Notes under the pieces: generated by a model
What the model saw: only the letters and a program-made list of their open reading frames with translations
What the model was told of the DNA's origin: nothing
The model's database searches: none
Shown: positions 23,577-37,201 of the stretch, in pieces
How positions within the stretch are numbered: position 1 is the first letter of the stretch
How the letters are laid out: every line of letters begins with the position of its first letter
NCBI RefSeq assembly: GCF_006345805.1
Contig: NC_043018.1
Span: 15,748,001-15,812,000, forward strand
Reading direction: 5' to 3'
Length of the DNA stretch: 64,000 nucleotides
DNA from: Octopus sinensis
Taxonomy: Eukaryota
Translations under genes and position numbers: made by a program

Positions 23577-25684
23577 TGAAAGCATCAACAGCAACAAAAA
23601 AAAGTATAAATAGTATAAAAAGTATAAATATATTTCAGCGGTGGTGCCCCAGCATCGCCGCGGCCTTCAGGCTAAAACATTTTAAAGGATTTTAAGGATT
23701 TAGCTGGGGTTGTCATTATGCTGTATATCACTTATGCGTGCCTTTCCTTCTTTGGACACTAAACTCTGCTTGCGAAGACCTGTTGAGGCAAGTGAAATCG
23801 AAATCGAAATCAAATGCAGTGACTGGCATCATTTGCTAGTGGAGCGCTAAGAGTACCATACGAGTGAGATCGTTGCCAGAGCAACAAGCTGGCCTTCGTG
23901 CTGATGGCACGTTAAGCACACCATTTTAGCATGATTGTTACCTACGTCCCCTTATTAGCACTTGTGCTGGTGGCACGTGAAACAACATTTGAGCGAGGTT
24001 GTTGCCAGTGCCGCTGGACTGGCTCCTGTGCAGGTGGCACATAAAAAGGACCATTTGAGCGTGGCTTTGCCAGTACCGCCTGACTGGCCCTTGTGCCAAT
24101 GGCACATAAAAGCACCCACTACACTCTCGGAGTGGTTGGCGTTAGGAAGGGCATCCAGCTGTAGAAACTCTGCCAGATCAGATTGGAGTCTGGTGCAGCC
24201 TTCTGGCTTCCCAGACCTCAGTCAAATTGTCCAACCCATGCCAGCATGGAAAGCGGAAGTTAAACGATGACGATGATGATTGTTTAAAAACTGCAAAACA
24301 TCAAAGTAACATTGGGGATTCAGCATCAACATCAACACAAAAAAAATTGAGAATGAAATATATTTCTGATTTTTAAGTATAAATAGCTGGGGTTGGCATT
24401 ATGTCATATATCACATAACACTCAAATAAATACAATACATGGCGTTAGAAAGGGCATCTGGCGTTAGGAAGGGCATCCAGCCGTAGAAACACTGCCAGAT
24501 TTTGACTGGGCCTGATGAAGCCTTCTGGCTTCACAGACCCCAGTAGAACCGTCCAACCCATGCTAGCATGGAAAACGGACGCTAAACGATGATGATGATG
24601 ATGATGATGATGATGACCCTTTTCATACCCAACCAGCCTAAAAACTATCCCTGGTTCTATGACTTCTTTGTACTAAAGTGATAGAAATTAAAACCATCCA
24701 TCAAAATTTCATGTTTGGTTATATTACAAACATCAGTTTGATAATGACAATGTCACTCTTTCTTATTTCTAAAATTAGTTGAAACAAAGATGGTGTATTT
24801 CAAAAGAAATATAGAAACAAAAGGATTAAATTATAAAATTTTAGTAGAAAAAGGGTCTCTGCTCTCTGCTTGGGTAGAGGAGCTGAAACTTCAACCTATT
24901 TAGAAGATTATTCCGTCAAATGTAATGATTATTTAATCACAATGTTTTGAACTAATGGCTTCTGTGCCGGTGGCACGTTAAAAGCAGCAACCGATCGTGG
25001 CCGATGCCAGACTCCCTTGGCACCTGTGCAGGTGGCACGTAAAAAGCACCCACTACACTTGCGGAGTGGTTGGCGTTAGGAAGGGCATCCAGCTGTAGAA
25101 ACACTGCCAGATCAGACTGGAGCCTGGAGCAGCCCCTGGCTTCCCAGACCCCGGTCGAACTGTCCAACCCGTGCTAGCGCGGATAACGGACGTTAAACGA
25201 TGATGATGATGACGATGCAGTATCTCATAGCTTTGTGGTTTCAATGATGAGATAGTTTATTGTTAGAATGAGATTGTAGGGTAGGTGTAAGAGGTCAAAT
25301 ATGGCTGGTTTCAGCATAAAACATGTAGACTGTCTGAGCGGGATACGACCAGTTTAAAATGCGAATGGATTAAACTTACTTTCAAATTGTTATTTCAACA
25401 GAACTTATGCAACATTCTTTAAACTCTACTTTCTGCATAAAACAGATAAAAACCCTAAAACAAACAATATGACAAGTGATGTCACCTTTAAATATTACAA
25501 ACACCTTTAATCAACAAGCCTAACCTTCTCGTAGTGACACAAGGTCAGAGACAAACAAAACGTTGTAGTTCAGTCTGACAAACTAATATTTAAACAAGAT
25601 TGACCTGGCCTTACCACCAAAAACAATTTGTAGAAATGGTTGTTGACTTGTGATTTTAAAAGAAAAAAAAACAGAAATTAAAAA

Positions 25685-26100
25685 GCGGTAAGAAGCTTGC
25701 TTTCTAACCACATGGTTCAGGGTTCAGTCTCACTGTATGGCACCTTGGGCAAGTCTTCTATAATAGTCTTAGGCTGACCAAATCCTTGTGAGTGGATGTG
25801 GTAGACAGAAACTGAAAGAAGCCTGGTGGTGGGAGAAATACAGACACAAAGACACACACATATATATCTGTGTGTGTGTGTGTGTGTCTGTTTGTCCCAC
25901 CCCACCTCACTGCTTAACAACCAGTGTTGGTGTGTTGATGTCCTTGTAACTTAGTGGTTCAGTAAAAGAGACCAATAGAATAAGTAGTAGGCTTAAATAT
26001 AAATTAGTCCTGGGGTTAATTTGTTCAACCAAAAACACAACAAGGCGGTGCTCCAGCATGGCTGCAGTCAAAATGACTGAAACAAGTAAAAGAATAAAAG
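25685..26100 (+). mobile_element. Diverged family-A SINE
   Basis: Recognisable body with many CpG-to-TpG/CpA changes. Confidence 0.8.
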
Positions 26101-26429
26101 AGAGATAAATATTCTTTCAAAGAATAGAACACAGTTATGGCTGAATGAGTGCTTAAGAAGTCTACTTGGCACCCAGTGGGTTCTGGGTTCAATTCCACGG
26201 CATGGCAGCACAATGGGCAAGTGTCTTCTCTTACACATACATCATCATCATCATCATCATCATCATTTAGCGTCTGTTTTCCATGCTAGCATGGGTTGGA
26301 CGATTCGACCGGGGATCTGGGAAGCCAGAAGGCTGTACCAGGCTCCGGTCTTATCTGGTAATGTTTCTACAGCTGGATGCCCTTCCTAACGCCAACCACT
26401 CCGTGAGTGTAGTGGGTGCTTTTTACGTG

Positions 26430-26858
26430 CCACCCGCGCAGGTGCCAGACAGAGCTGGCAAACGGCCACGAACGGATGGTGCTTTTACGTGCCACCGGCA
26501 CGGGGGCCAGGCGAGGCTGGCAACGGACACGAACGGATGGTGCTTTTACGTGCCACCGGCACGGGGGCCAGGCGAGGCTGGCAACGGACACGAACGGATG
26601 GTGCTTTTACGTGCCACCGGCATGGGGGCCAGGCAAGGCTGGCTACGGACACGAGCGGATGGTGCTTTTACGTGCCACCGGCATGGGGGCCAGGCGAGGC
26701 TGGCAACGGACACGAACGGATGGTGCTTTTACGTGCCACCGGCATGGGGGCCAGGCAAGGCTGGCTACGGACACGAGCGGATGGTGCTTTTACGTGCCAC
26801 CGGCATGGGGGCCAGGCAAGGCTGGCTACCGACACGAGCGGATGGTGCTTTTACGTGC
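26430..26858. repeat. 61-bp tandem array (about 7 units) inside an RTE-type tail element
   Basis: GCCACC recurs at 26491, 26552, 26613, 26674, 26735 and 26796. Confidence 0.95.
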
Positions 26859-28194
26859 CTGAGTGAAACTTGGTAAACGACAGTTGCATGTGTGTATGTA
26901 TGTTTGCGTCAGTGAATGTTTATACCAGCATGGGTGAGATCTGGTGCATTCAAACAGAAATGTCTTGTACTATTCAAGTTCAACAAAATTATGTCCCTTT
27001 ACACCAGTGCCACCTCACATTTTATACCTGACAAGATGTACCAAGTACCAAAGTATTGGAGTCCATACAGTATAAACAACTAAAATCTGTAAAGTTGATG
27101 CCCCAGCTCGGCCACACTCCAAAGACTGAAACCAATAAAATAAAGAATAAAGACTGTATTTTTTGCTTTTGTTTTTTTCATTTCCTAAATATCAAAAAAA
27201 TTCCATTCAATGGTTGACAACTGTACTTTAATACATTTAATAATAATTAAGAACATGTAACTCGTTATGCTAAAACATCATCAATGGATGAAGATGATGA
27301 TTCTGCATATGTAGTGTTTGAATGAAAGTAGAAGCTATGAGGGGAGGGGCAACTGGAGGGGTTTGGTTGCTTTCCCTTGCCCCCACCCACCCCCAATACA
27401 ACACCTTCTATGTGCCAGTACAAGAGAATAACTTATGGAAGAAGAAGCAGTGGTATTTTATTGTTGGCATATGTGGTACCCTGGCTGTTTCTATGAAAGG
27501 TCAGCTGTCTGTGGTACCAAGAGGGTCATGTTAGTTGGGGGCCATAACAATGGCTTATAACAAAACCAAAACACGGTTTTATGGTGGGAAAACTTGCACA
27601 ACTTCATCCGCACTTTCTCGCCTTGAATCATCTGGATCTAATGGCAAAACATGGTCAAGATGGTTCCACATAAAACTGGACACTGACGCTACTTAGCACT
27701 TGGCAAAGTTTAACAAGAAACTATCAGTGGGATTTCTCTCTTTTCTGTTAGGCTTGTTTCCCTTATTTTTTCTGTCCCCTACCCGCCAGACACAAGACAG
27801 TAAGACCATCATCTAACCCTTAGTTAGAGGTGGGTCAATTGTAATCATGCACAACGGTCTTTACTCAGAAGACAGTTAGGGTTGATTGTTGAAGAACTTG
27901 ATGGGAATGGGGCAGGGTCCATCCAACCCCAGGGATCTTACTGAGTGCTTGGTTACCTACTCGGGTATTTCTGAAGGAAATAGATAATCCTTATCCTCTA
28001 TTACAGAATTCAAAACTGAAAAAACAACAAAATCAGTGATGGTCTCCACCAACAAATCCTAGTAAATAATATTTACAGCATTGAATCAATTTCAATCAGA
28101 GCCCTGCCAAAAATCGGATCTTTACTGCCCTATCCAAAACACTGAAATTCAAAAGGGTCACCCAAACTATTAGAACCATGTGGTTGGGAAGCAA

Positions 28195-28366
28195 GCTTCT
28201 TATTTCTTTATTGCCCACAAGGGGCTAAACACAGAGGGGACAAACAAGGACAGACAAAGGGATTAAGTCAATTATATAGACCCCAGTGCATAACTGGTAC
28301 TTAATTTATCGACCCCGAAAGGAAAACACTGTATTATTTAATCCAGTGTAAGGTTTGAATATGAAG

Positions 28367-28422
<56 letters not shown>

Positions 28423-28551
28423 GTTTCAAATTTTGGCACGGGGGAGGAGGTAAGGAATTACATCGATCCCAGTGCATAACTGGTACTTATTTTATCAACC
28501 CCGAAAGGAAACACTGTATCATTCAATCCAGTGTAAGGTTTGAATATGAAG

Positions 28552-28583
<32 letters not shown>

Positions 28584-28790
28584 TAATAATAATAATAATA
28601 ATAAATGTTTCAGATTTTGGCACGGGGGAGTGGGTAAGGAATTACATCGACCCCAGTACATAACTGGTACTTATTTTATCGACCCCCGAAAGGATGAAAG
28701 GTAAAGTCGACCTCGACGGAATTTGAACTCAGAATGTAATGGCAGACGAAATACCGCTAAGTATTTCGCCCGGCGTGCTAACATTTCTGC
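28195..28790 (-). mobile_element. Family-B SINE with an internal tandem duplication (about 185 bp) containing (AAT)n
   Basis: CCCAGTGCATAACTGG-like anchors lie near 28282, 28468 and 28651. Confidence 0.8.
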
Positions 28791-29619
28791 GTGATAAGCT
28801 TCTTATCACACAGCTACACCTGCAAATGCTTTCTTTTCTTTCTGCTTTTAATCTCCATGTGATATGCAACAAATCTTTTTTAAAATTTCATGTGTGTCAG
28901 AAGCTTAAAAGACTGGGAACTGTTGCTTTGCAACAAACTGACATAGGGAACCAAATTCTTATAAAAAATAAAACCTAAAGTGAGTTGATTCCGAAACCTA
29001 ATGGAAATGACATTTCAAACACTTATAAATAAAGTATAAGTACAAACTCCGGAACAACACCAAACAAACAAACAAATATATTCACAGAATGAAACTATCC
29101 AAGTAAAAAACGTAAACTATAAAACTATGCTCACATTTTTTCCTCTACTCAGGAGAAAAATTCTGGCAACATAAATAAATTAATAAATAAGTAATTTTGT
29201 TTTACCCTGGAAATAATTTGATCTTGTTTGCCAAAATAAATTAAATAAAAACAAACAGAAACATGAAATAGCTTTAAAGGGGTGGAGGTGACTGACAGAA
29301 AGGAAAATAAGACATTTTGTTTCTATAAATAAACTGGGTAAATTCTTATACTTTACAGAAAATCTCAAACACACACACCACACACACACACAGACATCTT
29401 TTTAAAATAGTTAAGGGAAATGAGAAAGTTTCTATGAGAAATTATGTTTTGCAAAGATTTATGGAATGAAGCCACAAGTCAAAACATTTCTAAAATAATA
29501 TCATTATTATTATTATTATTATTATCATTATTATTATTATTATTTTGTTCAACAGGAAATTCTATATTTAAAAATGCAACTCTGTTAAAACAAAAAAAAT
29601 AATTAAATGTTATGTAGGT

Positions 29620-30020
29620 AGGCACAGGAGTGGCTGTGTGGTAAGTAGCTTGCTAACCAACTACATGGTTCCGGGTTCAGTCCCACTGCGTGGCATCTTG
29701 GGCAAGTGTCTTCTGCTATAGCCCCGGGCCGACCAATGCCTTGTGAGTGGATTTGGTAGACGGAAACTGAAAGAAGCCCGTCGTATATATGTATATATAT
29801 ATGTGTGTGTATGTGTTTGTGTTCGTCCCCCTAGCATTGCTTGACAACCGATGCTGGTGTGTTTACGTCCCCGTCACTTAGCGGTTCGGCAAAACAGACT
29901 GATAGAATAAGTACTGGGCTTACAAAGAATAAGTCCCGGGGTCGATTAGCTCGACTAAAGGCGGTGCTCCAGCATGGCCGTAGTCAAATGACTGAAACAT
30001 GTAAAAGAGTAAAAAGAGAG
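29620..30020 (+). mobile_element. Family-A SINE, full length (a further 5' half at about 30172-30340)
   Basis: Head-to-tail match. Confidence 0.9.
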
Positions 30021-31408
30021 TAGGTGTATTTTGATTGACACCTGTTTTGTATGGAGAAGAACTAACACAGAGAGAAAATGGATATGGAAACATGAGCTTT
30101 TGTCCGGCAATCTGTCAGTTACAATGAGTATTCCAGTCGATCTGACCAACAGAATGGCTTACTGATGAAATTTGTGTGGTAAGTAGCTTGCTTACCAACC
30201 ACATGGTTCTGGGTTCAGTCCCACTGCGTGGCACCTTGGGCAAGTGTCTTCTACTATAGCCTCAAGACGACCAATGCCTTGTGAGTGGATTTGGTAGACG
30301 GAAACTGAAAGATGCCTGTCGTATATATGTATATATATATACAGGAATTGAAACCACAATCTTACGATCATGATGCTGACACCCTAACCACTAAGCTACG
30401 TGCCTCCACACACATATGCATACATATATACAAAAATACCCTGTTGTTGATGTTGAAATTCCAATGAAGGAACCTTGGATCTAGGTTAGAAACCGGTTCT
30501 TTCTCTATTGGCAAGAAATCTTGAAATAACACTGAATAATGACATACGTGCGTACATGCATGCATGTCCATTCAATTTGAGTGTAAAACAATGTAGTATG
30601 CTTTAGAAAGCTTGTCTACAGGTATTGGTTAACGAATGCATTCTATACTGAGATTGTTCATATCACTGAATATAGATCCGGAGATCTGTGAATATTTGTA
30701 GAATATGTGTAGAAACATGTGTTGATACCTGAAGATTCATAATGGAGTAGTATTGTTGGAATAATAACAATGGCATGATGTGTCATTTTATATTTTCATC
30801 ATCATCATCATCCTCCTCATCGTTTAAAGTCTGTTTTCCGTGCTAGCATGGGTTGGACGGTTCGACCGGGGTCTGGGAAGCCAGGAGGCTGCACCAGGCT
30901 TCAGTCTGATCTGGCAGTGTTTCTGCAGCTTGATGCCCTTCCAAACGCCAACCACTCCATGAGCGTAGTCGGTGCTTTTTACGTGCCACCAGTACAGGTG
31001 CCAGAGGAAGCTGGCAGCAGCCACGATCGGTTGGTGCTTTTAACGTGCGACTGGTACAGGTGCCAGGGGAGGCTGGCAGCGGCCACGATCGGTTGGTGCT
31101 TTTTACGTGCCACCGGCATGGAAGCCAGTCAAGGCGTGGCTGGCCTCGGCCACATTCAAATGGAGCTTTTTATGCGCCACCGGCACAGGTATCACTACTA
31201 GAATTTCCATTTGATTTTTTATTCTGATGTTGATGTACTTGACTCAATAGGTCTCCTCAAGCACAGCTATTTTTTATACGTTAATATTTCAGAAGTGACC
31301 ATCTGAGAAAGTAGTGATGAAACAACTGTAGTATCATGCAATAAAGCACGTTGCCCAATCCAATTTCTCTTATTCGTTTTTACATATATATATGTGTGTG
31401 TATAAATA

Positions 31409-31879
31409 CAGGTCACCATCGACTTACAACCATAGTTGGTTCCGTCTGACTAGTCATAAGTTGATTTGGTTGTAAGTCAGCCTATAGACCTACATAGCTT
31501 TGTTTCATATTTTTACACTCTTAATGTACATTCTCAGGTAAAAGTCACACACAGCACTCTGTATTGTACTATTATACTGGTGTTAGTCAAAAACTTTGGT
31601 ATCTCAAGCAGTTGTCTCATAAACAAATACAAGGTTGCCTCAATGTCTCCGTGACAGGATGGTCATCCAACAGAATGGTGACTGATAACCAAACCTAGGG
31701 GAAGTGTGTTAGCTGACATCAACCATAGATGGGTTAATTTCTAAGAAATTAAACCCATTAGATTTCAATGGACTATTTATTATTGATGCCAGAAGATGGC
31801 GTGCCAACCGTCGTAAAGTTGATCGGTCATAAGTCGGATAGGTCATAAGTTGGATAGGTCATAAGTTGACCACAACCTG
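31409..31879. mobile_element. Tc1/mariner-superfamily (pogo/Tigger-like) MITE
   Basis: TA|CAGGTCACCATCGACTTACAACC ... GGTCATAAGTTGACCACAACCTG|TA: imperfect TIRs flanked by TA on both sides. Confidence 0.75.
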
Positions 31880-32399
31880 TACATGCACACATACATTTGT
31901 ATGTGTGCAGATATGTACATACATACATGCATGCCTACACACAAAATGATTCGGGGTTTAATTACACTCTGAGGTATCTTGGGGAAGTGTCTGCTACATC
32001 CAACTTAGGTGGATCAATACCATGTGGATGGAGTTGGAATTTAGCAGATGGAAAATGTGCAGAAGATGCTAGGTTGTTGCTTTGATCTGCTGGATCAGGA
32101 TGGATTTGGGGCTACAGAATAGTTGCTATATGGCTGGAATAGTTAAAGTTTTGTACAGTGGTTGTAAGATTCCTGGGAGACAATTTACAAGAACAACATG
32201 TCTTTTGGACCCTAGACGTGGAGAAAAGTGTCTTCTCAAAATTAAAAAAAGCCTGAGTTTTCTTGTGGGATGGGGATATCAGATATTCACAGGCCCCTCT
32301 TTGGGTCTCTGGGGCCCCAATCTATAGTAAGGCCTTGAGTGGCTGCATGAATGACAGAGGAAAAACAAAAAACATGCTACACTATAAATAAAAGGAGCC

Positions 32400-33104
32400 A
32401 AGAGACCCGTCAGTGTCGAAATTGCTGTAAGCTCTTGTCTCATGGCAGGTGAAGAGAATATGAAGGGCAATCTATACGTAAAAAGAAAAATTACAGACAA
32501 GATGGTTCCAGTCGCGACCATCTAACATGAATAAATGACGTGACGATCGCGGCTGGAACATGTTTGATTTATAAGCTTGCTGACGTGGTGATAAGCAGCA
32601 AGAGGAAGATCGACTTGTTAGAAATAACAGCGAAATCTTCCTCAAATCACACCCTACCCTCCTTTAAAAGGATACCTTAGATAATATAACCATAGGATAT
32701 GTTGTGTTTACATCAAAAGTACACAGAGAAAAAAAAACTAAACAGATCGACTGAATCGGAGACAATCATTTAGCTTCATTTGCACTCAAATCACGTTTTG
32801 ATCAACTTTACCTTTCATCCTTTCGGGGGGCGATAAAACATAGGGTCAGTTAAATACTGGATTAATTTATATTGCTATAGAACATCCCAGAGATGGCTAG
32901 AAAACCACAGTCTTCCATTCTGATCTCAGAATGGCGTTGAGTTGAAACAACAACAGTCGTAAGAATGATAAGGAAGAATGACGACAGAAGCGAAAACGTA
33001 GAATAATAGAGAAAGAGAAAATAGAGATTTTTTTGGCTCACTTCCGGAAGTAAAGGTTCAGGTGTACCTTAGTGGCTGATGGCTTATCCAGTAACATGGT
33101 GAGT
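32400..33104. promoter_or_regulatory. Candidate NT5C2 promoter region at the CpG transition
   Basis: CpGs appear abruptly from about 32400. Motifs: YY1-like AAGATGG near 32499, TGACGT near 32536 and 32581, and a perfect ETS palindrome ACTTCCGGAAGT at 33040-33051. The TSS cannot be located from sequence. Confidence 0.45.
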
Positions 33105-33108
33105 GAGG

Positions 33109-33148
<40 letters not shown>

Positions 33149-33300
33149 AAGGTGCAAGAGAGGAGTGGGAAGAGAAATAAAGAGAAACACTGAGAATAAT
33201 GCAGGAGGAAGAAAGAGAAAGACAGAGAGAAAATAAGAAAGAGTAGTAAAAGAAAAGGTGATAGAGTTACAGTTGAAGTGAAAGAGTAAGAGACATAAGG

Positions 33301-33530
33301 ATGAGAGCAGAAGAAAGAGAAAGAGTAAGAGACAGAAGGATGAGAGCAGAAGAAAGTGAAAGAGTAAGAGACAGAAGGATGAGAGCAGAAGAAAGTGAAA
33401 GAGTAAGAGACAGAAGGATGAGAGCAGAAGAAAGTGAAAGAGTAAGAGAAAGAAGGATGAGAGCAGAAGAAAGTGAAAGAGTAAGAGAAAGAAGGATGAG
33501 AGCTGAAGAAAGAGAGAAAGAAATAAGAAG
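33301..33530. repeat. 39-bp purine-rich minisatellite (about 5.5 units)
   Basis: ATGAGAGCAG at 33301, 33340 and onward; source of the MRAEESERVRDRR repeat ORF. Confidence 0.95.
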
Positions 33531-34221
33531 AATTCTGCAGAGAGAAGAAAAAGAGAGAGAGAGAAAGACATAGAGGAAGAAATTGATCTGAATGGAATAA
33601 AATTTTACTAAAAACAAGAAAAGAAAACAAAAGTTGACCAAAACTGTTGATAGAATTAGTGTGGAGTGACACGGTTGGAGGAATTAGAAGTAAAAGTAAG
33701 TATTCTTGTGGGGTCAATGGCAAAAGGGGTGACGTATTAGATGACGTGAGAATCAAAAGAATTTCAATTAATTGTGAATGTTTTACATACGTCATTCATT
33801 AATTTATTTAAGAGAGAGAGAGAGAGAGAAGAATAAATGGAGAAGGAAGAATTACGAAGACGAGGATGAAGAAGAGGGATTCAAAATAAAAAAAAAAACA
33901 TAGCGAGGGTTTGATAGAGAACAAAAAAAAAGAATATAGACATAGTTGCAGCAGGGGGAGAAAGGGTGAAAGGTAAAAGGGAAAAAGAAAGGAATCGAGT
34001 GAGATAGGGAGGGAAAATGGAGATGGACGAAGGAGAAATCGACTGAGACGAGGAGGGAGGAGAAGCTTGAGGAGAGTCGGAGGTTTTTCAGAACAAAGAA
34101 GAGAGAGAGAGAGAGAGCAGAGTGTTAATAGAAGAGGGAAGGTAAGAGATAGAGTGAATAAGGGAGGTAAGAAAGAGAAAGAGGGAGGTGAGAAAAAGAG
34201 TAAGGTTAAAGTGCGAGAGGG

Positions 34222-34500
34222 TGTAGATAGAGTAAGAGTAAAGTCGGAGAGTGTGTGGATAGAGTAAGAGTGAAGTCGGAGAGTGTGTAGATAGAGTAAG
34301 AGTAAAGTGGGAGAGTGTGTAGATAGAGTAAGAGTAAAGTGGGAGAGTGTGTAGATAGAGTAAGAGTAAAGTGGGAGAGTGTGTAGATAGAGTAAGAGTA
34401 AAGTGGGAGAGTGTGTGGATAGAGTAAGAGTAAAGTCGGAGAGTGTGTAGATAGAGTAAGAGTAAAGTGGGAGAGTGTGTAGATAGAGTAAGAGTGAAAT
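34222..34500. repeat. 32-bp minisatellite GTAGATAGAGTAAGAGTAAAGTGGGAGAGTGT (about 9 units)
   Basis: AGAGTAAGAG at 34261, 34293 and onward. Confidence 0.95.
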
Positions 34501-36771
34501 AGTAAAGAAAGGGATAGACAAGATAATGGAGAAGGTGAGATAGAAGAGGAGAATGAGGTGAAAGAATGAAGAAATAAAGTGAGAGAGAGAGAGAGAGGAT
34601 AAAGTGATAAAGCGATGGTATAGAGGAGAGAGAGAGAGAGAGAAAGAGAGAGAATAAAGTGAGAGTTTGTGAAGAGACGAATATAATAGGAGAGAAAGAA
34701 AGAAATATGGTGGAAGGCGGATTTCAAGAAAGCAAAACTAGGAAAAATGAGTATTTTGTGGATTAAGATGCAGGAAAATCACTACAAAATGTTTGGGAGT
34801 AATTTTAGTTCTATTCAAACCTCTTGAAATTCTTAACGGAAAATATCCCAGGCCCTGGATTTTTACTGCAATTAATGCAAATTCTTCCAAGCACCATGTA
34901 AAGGATGCGTTGCCTCTATGTGATCTCTCGACGTGCTAGAAATAGCAGCCAAACTTCGGTTTACAAACTATATCGTGTTTTAAAAGATAAGTCGTTATGG
35001 ATATTATTATATTATTATAGTTTCCAGATAAACTTACATGGAATGATATGATCACAGTTAGAATACCCGATCTGGGACTAACCGATCTGGGGCTAAACAA
35101 CACCCATACAGTTTACAGCAGACACGGTGTTCGAATCTTGCTGGCGACGTTACAACTTTTTCCTTGTCTTCTTGTTCGTATATACGTGTGTGTGTGTGTG
35201 CGTGTGGTTGTGTGTGTGTGTGGTTGTGTGTGTGTGTGTGGTTGCGTGTGTGTGTGTGTGTGCGCGCGGTTGTGTGTGTGCGCGGTTGTGTGTGTATGTA
35301 TGTGTGTGAGTGAGTGTGTGTGCGGTTGTGTGTGTGTGGTTGTATGTGTGTGTGTGTAAACAGTTTCAAGAAAATTATCGCTGTCCTTCACCGAAATACA
35401 AAGAATTCAAACATCTGATAAATTTTAGAACGGCGAGGAAGAAGCAATGTTCGTATTTGTCTCATCGTATGTTGATCTAATTCTTCCAAAGAAGGCAAAA
35501 TGACAACATTAATAGTTTCTTATAAATGGTACAGGGTCACAAGTTAGTAAGGTAGGGTCCCTGTCGATTGATAATGATCCCTGTACTTCCGTTTAATTCG
35601 AATTAAATGACAAAGGACGAAAAACGAAGAGCAGGAGTCCCTAATTGGTTGCTCGACTAGCTAGAAATAGCAGCTTTTTCTCGCTAAAATCACTTCCCAT
35701 CATTTTTTGTAATGAAATGAAAGTTTTATAAACATTGCCCGAGATATCGCCCCCAAAACACGAACAGGGTGGCCCATAGGTCTTCTCGACACGGAGCCAG
35801 ATAGCAACATAATGATGTTTTAAACATTAACGACTCAAACCCACAGGTTTCAATCGATCCAGTATTCGGTTAGTACTCGAATCTGTCACGATTTGAACCC
35901 AGAACACAATGAGATGAAACTAAAATTATACAGTAAAAACATTTATTTGATGGAGCCCTTCGCGATTTTGTCAAAAGTAAAAATACAATCGTTAATTTTT
36001 CGAAAGATGAATGTTGTAGTGCACCTGAGCACTGTACACAATGTTTATTATTATTATTATAACTTAATTAGTTTTTAGTGATATTAATTAACTCCAGACT
36101 CACAGACTGAATGGCACAGTAAGATCCGATGTGTCTTTCCTCTCTTTTAGTACGATAGGGGTAAATTCAAGCAGATCTGGCTGCTATTTCCAGCAATTCA
36201 AGCTACCAAATTGGGGATCTCATTCATGTGTTGTTTGTTTGGTTTCAAATCAGTTCTGATCAAACAGACCTCGTCTTTTCAAATACAGTGTATCGAAGAC
36301 TAGGGTTGGGTGTGATTTTAGGAAAAACGATCGGCACTCTTTCATTCCCAGGCCAGAAAATAAACGTTTGTCTGCTTTACAATATGAAATTATTGAATTA
36401 AAGAAAAACAGAAAGGCAAAAAAAATAACTGGAGTGTCGAGTAACAGATACCCAATGTGTAACCGGGTACAATAAAGTAAGCACCCAGAGCACCCGGTAT
36501 AAGTTTCTCGTTATTTAAATTGGATCCAGTAAACAGTCCGTAATTACATTAGCCTCTTACGTGAACAAGGAATGGTTATTTCTAGTAAATTGAGTCACAA
36601 CGTAGAGGCTTGCTTTTGTTTTATACATAGAAGATGATGGATTCCAATACTAGATTTCTTCTTTTGTTCTTTTTTTCTTTTTCTAGAATCGCAATTTTTG
36701 CATTAAAAAAAAAAGGAATGATCACATCACACATACACACACAAAAAAAAATACCGAGGAAAGTTTGAAAA

Positions 36772-37201
36772 CACTGCTGGCGATCTTTCGTCTCTGGTAG
36801 ACCTTTCCGTCGATTTCCGTAAAAAAATATATTTTTTTTTTACATATGGGCTTGCGGGAACTTTTGAAGTAATATACATACATATACACATACACCGAGT
36901 AAAAAATTTCAGTTATCTCTTTCTTTCACACATTACTCTGTCTCTTCACACACACTAACAGAAGCACTTCACTTACACAACATACTGTCTGTCTCCCACA
37001 CTCCATCAAACACACACATGTACATCAATGCTTCCCATGCACGGTAACTTCAAAAGAACTTCCCTCGTCATACAATCGCTTTCTCTTAGTCTCTTTCGCT
37101 CTCATTACTTCAAAAGTTCCCGCAAGCCCATATGTGAAAAAAAAAAAATTTTTACGGAAATCGACGGAAAGGTCTACTAGAGACGAAAGATTGCCACACT
37201 G
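36772..37201. mobile_element. MITE/foldback element with about 100-bp terminal inverted repeats
   Basis: 36772-36873 is the near-perfect reverse complement of 37104-37201. No clear TSD. Confidence 0.85.

Noticed and set aside
26283-26876. 148-197-aa repeat ORFs in three frames
   Set aside because: Produced by the GC-rich 61-bp array within a retroelement tail.
33038-34727. Long Leu/Ser/Phe-rich and Arg/Glu-rich ORFs
   Set aside because: Explained by purine-rich 39-bp and 32-bp minisatellites and (GA)n.
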